Origin: Thalia democratica | Lineage: Eukaryota | Length of the DNA: 64,000 bases | Assembly: GCA_965202585.1 (NCBI GenBank) | Contig: OZ241827.1 | Coordinates: 72,292,001-72,356,000, forward strand | Reading direction: 5' to 3' | Shown here: piece after piece, positions 55,691-64,000 of the stretch | Layout of the letters: every line of letters begins with the position of its first letter | Position numbering within the stretch: position 1 is the first letter of the stretch | The notes under the pieces: generated by a model | The model's database searches: none | Told to the model about the DNA's origin: nothing | Seen by the model: only the letters and a program-made list of their open reading frames with translations | Made by a program: the position numbers and the translations under genes

Positions 55691-57646
55691 TAATTTAAGT
55701 TAATAAGGTGCAAATTATTATAAACAACTGGAACATACTTTTTAATACTTAATTAGTAATGTTAAACCGTGAAAATATCTCAACAGCTCAGAAAAAAGCT
55801 TAAAAATATTAGTAAGTTTGTGTATAGGTACTTTTTTTATTTTGTGTGTTTTTTACTATATTTTGAGACTGAAAAATTCTAAAAGTAAATAAATTTAATT
55901 TAAAGACAGTTGACAAACTGAAAACTGTATCTTACCAAAACCCCAAAATCTATTTAAATGAATGTTTACCTATTTTGCTTAGTTCTTAATACAACCTTTA
56001 TCTTGTATACGTATTTTAGTGCACATTTAAAAAAATATTGTTTTTTAAAATATTTGATCGTACTTTTAAGGAAGCTAAATTATTCTCTTGTACTTAACTT
56101 AATAAAAGAACTTATTTTTAAGCTTTACTCCCAGAAATTTTATAAATTTAGGAAAATCTAAATAAGCACTATTTAACTTTGGAAATAAACATATAAATTA
56201 ATTTCAAAATGTTATTAAGCATTTTGTGGTTTAACAACAAAATAATCTTAATAAAATCAAATATTTCACAGGCAGCTAGTCTAATATAACTTTATTGTTA
56301 AATTTATTGAATAAACTTTTCTTTTAAGTATTTAGGAAAGTGTATCACTAGAGTTTAATAAAAAACTACAGTAGCTGCAAATATACAGTAAAAAGTTATT
56401 TTTAATAATAAAATTTAACTTTTATTTTCGTACATAACTTATATCTTAGAACGTTTCTAAATTTAATTGAAAAAAAAGGTTCTGATTTTGTACATTTTTT
56501 CACATTTTTTTATTTAAAATTTGGTAAAGCTCTAAATGTTTGAAGTACATTATTCAATCGAAATATTTTTTGAGCAATAAAGTTTTTGTTACTAAGCACA
56601 GACATATTTGTCTATGAAAACAAACTGTACCAAGCTTTAATTTCTCTTAACTTAAAAAACTCTACATAATACACTAAGTAGCAAATAGTTATATATTCAC
56701 ATAACTTAAATACTTTTTATATATTTCTAGACACAGAATAACATTGTATTTTAGACAAACAAGGTTTTACAACTTTGCTGTTTTAAGTCAGGTGTACATT
56801 GAAGAATTTATTTAGGTAATTGTTATTCTTTTCTAAAGTTTCATGTGTCTAAGCCTGTTTTTTATAAAGTCTTTAAAGGTTTTATAATTAAGCTACGGGC
56901 ATACTTGTTAAGTTATTTTCTAACTAATTATTATAAATGTTGTTTTATCAATTCTAAGTTTATGTTTCTTATATTTAGCTTAGTGAAGTTAAAATACATA
57001 ACGACTTACTAAAAAAAAAAACTATAAGTACATTAACAGTTTATTTTAAACAGTGTTCTATAAATATAGATAAAATACTTATTGTAAGCTGTTAATAAAC
57101 CAAAAGTTAAGTTACTTTATTATCAAACAAAACTATCATTCTTAAATTTATTGATTTTATTGTTATCTATGAATATTATTTGTGTTTCGCTTATATAAAA
57201 AAGGGTAGTTAATCAGCCAAAGATTTTTTTTCACTATTTAAGAAGTATTAAAATGCATCAAGCAATGTATTTTACAAAAATATTTTGTTTGTTGTATTTT
57301 TTCAAAATTGACACTACTTATTGTCAGACATGTAAAGTAATAAATTGGACAAATTTTGTTATTAAATGTGAAAATTAAGGTTTTATTCGGATTTTTTTGG
57401 AAAATTAAAGGGTACTAATGAAATTTTGGCACGCGTATTTATACTGAAATGTCATTTTAGGCTTGTTTTTAATTTAAATATGATGTAATGTTTGAAATTA
57501 TTTTGTCAAAAAACTAGTATAAAGAGTACAAACACAGTTAGTTTATCTAAAATGATTAAACATAAACAAGTAAAAAGTAGATATAATAATAAAAGAACTA
57601 AACAGTAAAACATAAAAATTTACTAAACTTTCAGTAGTTAGATAGT

Positions 57647-57768
57647 TTAATGAATGACAAAAATTAAGTGCTAAAATTATTTGGTCCTTTATTAGGACAT
57701 GGTGCACCAAGAACCTTTCGGTTATTGAGTTGCACACCACGGATACCTTAAAACGTCATGTCCAGAAC
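57647..57768. mobile_element. Family A element, copy 4
   Basis: Same core with an intact AACCTTTCGGTT hairpin; ends GTCCAGAAC. Confidence 0.7.
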
Positions 57769-57960
57769 CATAGATTTGATAGAAGTAAACATTTTAAAAG
57801 GTAACTGTTTAAAACTCAAAGAGTTTACTTACTTTTATTAATAAAAATTATATTAGCTGAAAAATATTAATGATTCAACATTAAGTTTACTTAATATTTC
57901 TTTTACACTATTACTGTTTGTTTGTTTGTTTGTATGGTAAATATAACTGTTTAAAAAAAA

Positions 57961-59584
57961 TTAAAATGGGATGAAGGTAGTCTTCCTCTTTTGATTTTAA
58001 AGACCGGACAGGATTGGATTTTAGATAAATATAAATAAAAATGGTAAGAACCATTAAAAAAATATAGACGACATTATTTTTTTGTGCCCAGCAGATAAAT
58101 CTATTTTTATTCAAGATGAACTCACCAAAAAATTTCAATCTCATGATCTAAATTTACAATTTAAAAAAATCTCAAATACAGAAGAAGGAAAACAACTGGA
58201 ATTTTTAGATATTTTACATATTATAAATAGCTCTGAAATAAACGGATTCAAAACAGTAAACCACACCAAACCCACAGCAAAATTAGCAAAATTTTTAAAT
58301 GGCAATTCTTACCATCCAACACACGTTTTTAGAGGAATAATTTTATCAGAAGCTAATAGACTTAAAAAATTAAATGAAAAAACAGAAGATTATGAAAAGG
58401 CACTAATTAACTTAAAAATTAAATGCAGTAGATCAAGTTTCAGTAAAAAATTAATAAATAATACCTTTAATGAATTAGATGAAGTACGTAATAAAGATCC
58501 TAGTACAAATAACATAAAAAAATCAGAACAAAGTGAAAAAGTGACTTGGGCAACCAGCTTTAAACAATTTATAAATTTTAGCAAAAATGAACAATGTTAC
58601 AGTAAAGAATTATTAAGATTAACTTATAAGAGACCAAAAACACTGAGAAATATATTAATAAACAAAGATAATTTTACAAAAACAGAAAACAACAAAACAG
58701 CTGAATGTGGAAAGTGTGCTTTGTGTGGAAATTTTGGAAACTATAATAAAAGTATGATAAGTAATAACAAAACAATACAAAATATGAAAATTAAACAACA
58801 ATTAAATTGCAAAAATTATGGAATTTATGCAGCTACATGCAACATATGCAAAAATTTATACATTGGACAGACTATGAATAGCTTTACTAAGAGGTGGAAT
58901 GCCCACAGAAACATATGGAAAAACAATAAAACTGAACTAAACCATGAAATAAAAGACCAATTTGCTCTAATTATACATTATAATAAATTTCACAAAAACA
59001 ATATACCAGAAAAGATAGAAAATGCCTACACAGTCCAGTTTTTAGAAAGCCCTATAAGAACTAATTTAGACTACACAGAACAATGGTGGATTAAAAAAAC
59101 TAAGGCAAAAATTAATTTAAACAGTGTTTTTAAGGAATAGTTTTACTAACAAAAATTTGAAAATGTCATCAAAAAATTTTTTTTATCAAGTAAAATACTA
59201 GGGGATTTTTTTAATTGTTTGTTGTTTATAGAAATAGTTTATCTTAGTTACAGTAAACAAAAATAGTTTTCCAAAGTGTCTTTTTCTCAGTTTCTCAAAT
59301 TGAAAAATTATATCAAACTTTACTGACTAATCTCAAATATAAGTGTTCCATTAATTTTAAAGTAAAAGTATGAAATTCAATATTATAATAATATGGTAGT
59401 TTTTAGTTTTTATTTTAAATTTTGCTAAAATATTTAATTTACTTTCTCTAGTTGCTAGTATATTTTTTTGTTTTCTACAGAATTGAAAATGTTTGTTTTT
59501 TAATAAACGAAAGATCTATTCTAAGTGGTTGTAAAAGACTGTGACTGATTTTTTTAATGGTTCTTACCATTTTTATTTATATTT
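57961..59584 (+). mobile_element. 5'-truncated Penelope-like retroelement (PLE)
   Basis: RT C-terminus plus GIY-YIG ORF. A 37-bp inverted repeat links 58027-58063 and 59548-59584. TGTTTAAAAAAAA flanks both sides (57948, 59584). Confidence 0.85.
58061..59140 (+). CDS. PLE reverse transcriptase C-terminus/thumb, Cys-rich linker and GIY-YIG endonuclease (truncated)
   Basis: Motifs IDDIIF, LEFLDI, KPT, S.HP, CGKCALC, GIY..TC..C...YIGQT, RW..H and EQWWI. The frame is uninterrupted from 58058 to the stop at 59140. Confidence 0.92.
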   Translation, partial: NIDDIIFLCPADKSIFIQDELTKKFQSHDLNLQFKKISNTEEGKQLEFLDILHIINSSEINGFKTVNHTKPTAKLAKFLNGNSYHPTHVFRGIILSEANRLKKLNEKTEDYEKALINLKIKCSRSSFSKKLINNTFNELDEVRNKDPSTNNIKKSEQSEKVTWATSFKQFINFSKNEQCYSKELLRLTYKRPKTLRNILINKDNFTKTENNKTAECGKCALCGNFGNYNKSMISNNKTIQNMKIKQQLNCKNYGIYAATCNICKNLYIGQTMNSFTKRWNAHRNIWKNNKTELNHEIKDQFALIIHYNKFHKNNIPEKIENAYTVQFLESPIRTNLDYTEQWWIKKTKAKINLNSVFKE

Positions 59585-60224
59585 GTTTAAAAAAAAGGTA
59601 TTTCTTTTACAGTAATGCCTAGAGAATATTTAGACTTTATAACAATATATTGCAACACTCTTACTAAAATTTTGAAATACTAAGATAATATAAACTTGTT
59701 TTGTAGTTAGAAAAAGTTGTATTTGTTTTTTGATTACTTGAAACTTATTTGTTTAGAACATTTTTTAATCAAATCAGTATAACTTTATTTTTTAATTTTT
59801 AAGTTTTCGTTATTTAAAAATTTTAAGTAGAATATAAACCAAGGTAACTTAATATTTTTTGTTTTCAAAAACATTGAAATTAAATAGTATTCTTCTATTT
59901 CTAAAACAAAGTGTTTCTGATATTTCAAAAATTCTAACATAAGGCTTTTAAACGTCTAAAAAAAAAGACCGAAGCTAAAGAAAAACTGAATATAAGCTTT
60001 CATTAACTCTCAGTTAAGGAATTAATAAAAGTATTTTATTGACAACAGTTTAATCAAAATGAGATTAATAAATATTTTTTTCCCATATTATTATTTAGAA
60101 TCTTTTTTACTGTTCAAAATAAGTATGGAACTATATATAACCAAAATAATGTTTTCAATCAATGCAAACATTAATTCGAATTTTAATTTTTACCACAAGA
60201 CTACAGGTGTTTTGCCACCAACTT

Positions 60225-60384
60225 GTTTGTTGATTGATTGAAATTTTAAATACTAAAAATTTTGATTAAATAGGTGAAGACCACCCTAACAACGTCTGGA
60301 CATTATTTCAATGTAAAGGGACGTAAATGATATTGTTGCTAGACATCAATCTACGACGCACGCAAGTTTTTCACGCTCCAATGA
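60225..60384 (+). repeat. Family B copy 2 (candidate micro-exons VKTTLTTSGHYFNVKGRK*; TSIYDARKFFTLQ*)
   Basis: AG|GTGAAGACCACCCT at 60274 and GTTGCTAG|ACA at 60343. Confidence 0.75.
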
Positions 60385-62107
60385 ACACTTACAGTCACGT
60401 GTCTGACAACCGATAGTAGCAACAGCACTTGGCAATAAATCGTTAAAATAAATCTTTGAAGTAGATTTTTTATATTCAAAACTTATAATGAACCCATTAA
60501 AATACAATTTAAAAAGCAAACCACATAAACTTTACAACTTATTTTGTTAATTTTATTTTCATGTTAGATAATTCCGCTTCACTCTGAAAACCCTTCTCAG
60601 AATTAACTATCTTTCGCACTATTTGTAGTGCTAAAAGTTGAACTTTAACTGTGTTTTTCAGTATACGACGCGTCCTAATCATTAAAAAAAACTCTCAAAG
60701 TAATAGTTCGTTTATTGTAAATCTTATTAACGTTTATGTTAATAAAAGTTAGACGGTTATATGATAGGTTTTTTTGAAATGTTGCATACTATTGAAAAAG
60801 TAAAAAATTACTAGTATTCAAAGCGTTTAGTTTTGTTTAAAAATTAAGTAATATGTAGCATATTAAGAGGCTAAGTTTAAAACAAAGGACATACTATAAT
60901 ATTCAAAACAAATACAACTTATAATTAAAATACGTAATAAAAACACAAGATCTTTTTAATAATTTTCACTTATTAAACACTTGACTTTAAAACATTTTAT
61001 ACATTTTAAAGTATACTTAAACTTAAAGTATAGCAAATAGTAAATAAATTTCTGTAAGTGTAGAGCTAATTTGTAGTTATGTGCAGAAAATTATGTATCT
61101 TATACAACTCTAAAAATTAAAATGCTTAGCAAAATATAGAACATAGGTCATTCTAATAGATTTTCAAAGTGATATAAAAAGATTAAATGATTATCTTTTA
61201 AGAAGGCAGTATTTTAGAACAAGTTCATTTAAAGTTCAACACCAAAACTAATCTGAAACTTAAGGAAACGCAATATTTCATAACATTTCCGAGGGTTTTA
61301 AAAAGTTGTACTGTATTTCCCCTGTCAATACCTGAATATTTAATTATATGTTAAAGTTTTATTAATTACCACTAAACTAAAGCTTTTCATATACTTTCAT
61401 TATTTAAAAGTTTTTTTTGGTATATCAAACGTTTTACTCTTTTAACATAGTGTTTTAAAATTTCAATCAAAGCTTAAATTTTAAAGAATTACACAGATAA
61501 TCTTATTTTTGATTGCTACCGAAATATATTATAAAAACGTTTCAAAACCTCTTCCAATAATTTAGAGAAAATCTTGTTATCTAATTTTAACTACATAAAC
61601 TTGATCGAAAAGAATTAATACGTGAAATATATAAGGATATTTTGAAACATGTTTAAGGATATCTAAATTAGATTTTAAACGTTCTGCAACTAACATTTAT
61701 AACAAACTTAAAGTTTTAAACAATTAAATTTGTCAAGTTAGTGTAGAATGTAATTTAGTTTTTTCAATAAAAAACTAAGCTGTTGAATTTTATAAACGGA
61801 CTTTGCATGCCCCATTTAAAAATCTAAACTAAAATTCTCCGAAACCTATTGATTTTTTAGTTATAATTCAAAATAAATAGTTTGTAAGGTTTGATTATAC
61901 CTAATCGATCATCAGACCACAAGCTCTCGGTAGACTGAGACCGGTTTTGTCCTAACTAGGACTAATCAGTCAGTCATAACCGAAAAAACTTGCAGTCTTC
62001 AATCTACAAACGTTTAAAGATACAAGCACAAACAACCATTTGATGGCATTGATCAGTGACGTCAGCATTGTCTTTTGCCGTGTAACGTCCAATACATTGT
62101 CCACTAG

Positions 62108-62202
62108 GCAAGACTGTTGCTAGGGTTGTTGTTGATATGTGGTTGTTGTGGTCTGGGGTGAAACTTATCTTCGAGGCACACAAGTTTTTCACGCATCACT
62201 AA
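62108..62202 (+). repeat. Family B copy 3 (KTVARVVVDMWLLWSGVKLIFEAHKFFTHH*)
   Basis: About 90% identical to 53449-53534 (8 substitutions counted). Confidence 0.85.
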
Positions 62203-62655
62203 GCACGAATGACAAAAGCGCACCAAAAATTATCAGTAATTGAAATTGAATTTCGCCTGCGCTAATTTGACGAATACATTCACTAAGTTAACCAACAGCA
62301 CTTGATCATTTACAAAATTATAATGTAAATTGAATACTTCAAAACAGACCATTCAAGCTCTTTTTTTACAATTTGTTTGAAATTAAAATATAATAAGTTG
62401 AATTTTGTATTTAAAAATTCTTACCTTAATAGAAACTTAGCCCTTATATCATTTGAACTCATGTCTTATAAGCTGTTTTTAAACCTCAAAAATCCGGTAG
62501 CATTTTAATTAAAGCTAACTGATTTATTTGTTTGGTATAAAAACTACCACTCATAAATTCAACAAATTAATAATGATTATTTGTTTTATTACATTGTATA
62601 ATCTCTTTTAATCCTACTAAAGTTTTACACCAAATTTAGTAGGACGCATTTCACC

Positions 62656-62715
62656 ATGGTTACCGTTGATTGCGTTGCTAGGGAAGTTTTTGAAGGCAAA
62701 CCGAAGAAGGTGTGA
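62656..62715 (+). CDS. Candidate micro-ORF or first coding exon MVTVDCVAREVFEGKPKK(V*)
   Basis: CACCATGG Kozak-type context and TTTAGTAG acceptor upstream. Same length and AAG|GTGTGA end as the 41298 copy. Confidence 0.35.
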   Translation: MVTVDCVAREVFEGKPKKV

Positions 62716-62840
62716 CCCAATTAATTTAAATATTTTTGCGAAGTACCATTTGCTAGTTGTGCTGACCACTAATTAGTTGTTTTTCAAAACAAAGTTTAAT
62801 GTTGTTGTAGTTCAAGTAATAATTTTAATCAACATATTCT

Positions 62841-63046
62841 AATGGTATACTATGAAAATCCACCCGCGTTCAAAACCCACCCGATTTTTTTTTTCCTAAT
62901 TTATTAATTTATATTATAAATTTCTTGCATTTTTTTATTTATTTTTCACTATCACTGTTACCCTTAACCTTTACCCTCGATCGGTAAGCGGTTCTCGAGT
63001 TTGACTGGGTGAATTTTGATCGGGTGTATTTTAAACGTTTTCCATT
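62841..63046. mobile_element. MITE-like element with imperfect ~45-bp terminal inverted repeats (AATGG...CACCCG / CGGGTG...CCATT)
   Basis: Absent from the paralogous site near 41460-41470. Confidence 0.75.
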
Positions 63047-63352
63047 TTAATTTGCTTGTCATTCTTAGAACTTAAACTATTTTTACCATATAATATATTT
63101 TATTCGTTTTAATGTAAGTGTTTAAATTTGTTCTTGAGTACATTATCGTTAATCTTCTATTAAGTCTAATATATAAATTTTAATTTATTCAAGTAAAAAA
63201 ATAGCTGAAAGTTCAGTATTGAAAGTTATACTAACATTAAAAAAATAGCATTAAAAGTTTTTACGATTCTAAACTAAAACTCGTGTAATATTTTCCTACT
63301 GCTTCAAATATTCATAACTGCCTACGAACAAATATTTAGTGTAAAGCATGAG

Positions 63353-63420
63353 TACAGTATACTACCGCTTAAGTACGCACTTTTTTTGGTACGCATCACG
63401 CCTTAAGTACGCACTTATCC
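63353..63420 (+). mobile_element. Possible Tc1/pogo-type terminus fragment
   Basis: TA+CAGT start, with CTTAAGTACGCAC repeated twice. Confidence 0.3.
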
Positions 63421-64000
63421 AGAAAGACAAAGTAAAGGATGTTATACTAGAACTTCAAGAAATTCCAGTTTTTTTGCCTAAATTTTCAATCATCAAGTTT
63501 CTCCAGATTATTTTTTGTTTCCAGGTAGAATGGCCAACCTGTTGAGTTAGCCTGATACTTTGTTAACTTTTAAACTAGGGTGAGTAATCCTGAGTAGGCC
63601 AAGTGGCCTGAGATTGAGACAGTCCTGTTATTAAATGTTAACAAACTAAATACTTATGTAGTGGTTGCAGAAAAGTAAAAAGAATAATGATATTTGAGCT
63701 GTAATGCTATAAAATAAATAAATCTAGATGACAAAGTTAAAAAAACCTACATATACAAAATAGTTAAGTCATAATTTAATTTAAATGTACATACATTGAT
63801 GTTTTGAAAATGTTTGGTAAACACAAAGTAGTTTTGTACTTTCCCTCTAACAAAACAAAATGTAGCTTAATATTTTTTTAAAATCATTGACCGACATTGA
63901 CTTTCTATATTTAATGTATGTATTAATTATGTAGAAGCTTTTTATAGAAAAAATAAATCATTTTAAAATCTATTAAAAAATTTGCAAATTAGAATTATGT

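Larger units (their letters stand above)
62490..63330 (+). repeat. Segmental duplication, copy 2 (paralogous to 41120-41730), interrupted by a MITE-like insertion
   Basis: Colinear with copy 1 on both sides of the 62841-63046 insertion. Confidence 0.9.

Noticed and set aside
43464-57740. Numerous 60-105 aa ORFs rich in F/L/K/I/N in the AT-rich domain
   Set aside because: Composition reflects AT-rich non-coding DNA; no motifs.
61890-61990. Hammerhead ribozyme suggested by minus-strand CTGATGA plus a hairpin
   Set aside because: The GAAA core is missing its G, and stems I and III cannot be closed.
62656-62715. Resemblance of MVTVDCVAREVFEGKP to the PTGR1 N-terminus
   Set aside because: Too short and weak, and no downstream oxidoreductase exons are visible.

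Overview
AT-rich eukaryotic (metazoan) genomic DNA with spliceosomal GT-AG introns. It is probably an invertebrate chordate such as an ascidian, but that is inference only. The one clearly recognisable host gene is a divergent secreted-type FGF on the + strand. Its CDS is 24116-24911, 31916-32046 and 34036/34039-34269 (about 386 aa), with canonical FGF intron phases 1 and 0. It sits in a ~40 kb regulatory landscape of moderately GC-rich islands carrying CRE, RFX X-box, Otx and Su(H) motifs. Two intronic surprises stand out. Intron 1 holds a 40-bp minisatellite whose unit contains the Cas12a direct-repeat handle pattern TAATTTCTAC-N4-GTAGAT, but with invariant 'spacers'. Intron 2 holds a candidate symmetric in-frame cassette exon encoding a Thr-rich segment with three N-glycosylation sequons. 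From ~40.4 kb to the end the DNA is very AT-rich and built from duplicated segments. This region carries a 5'-truncated Penelope-like retroelement (RT C-terminus plus GIY-YIG), several MITE-like or foldback elements, and a family of paralogous micro-exons/short ORFs of unknown function. No rRNA, tRNA, true CRISPR array or cas gene was found. All counts and alignments were made by eye.
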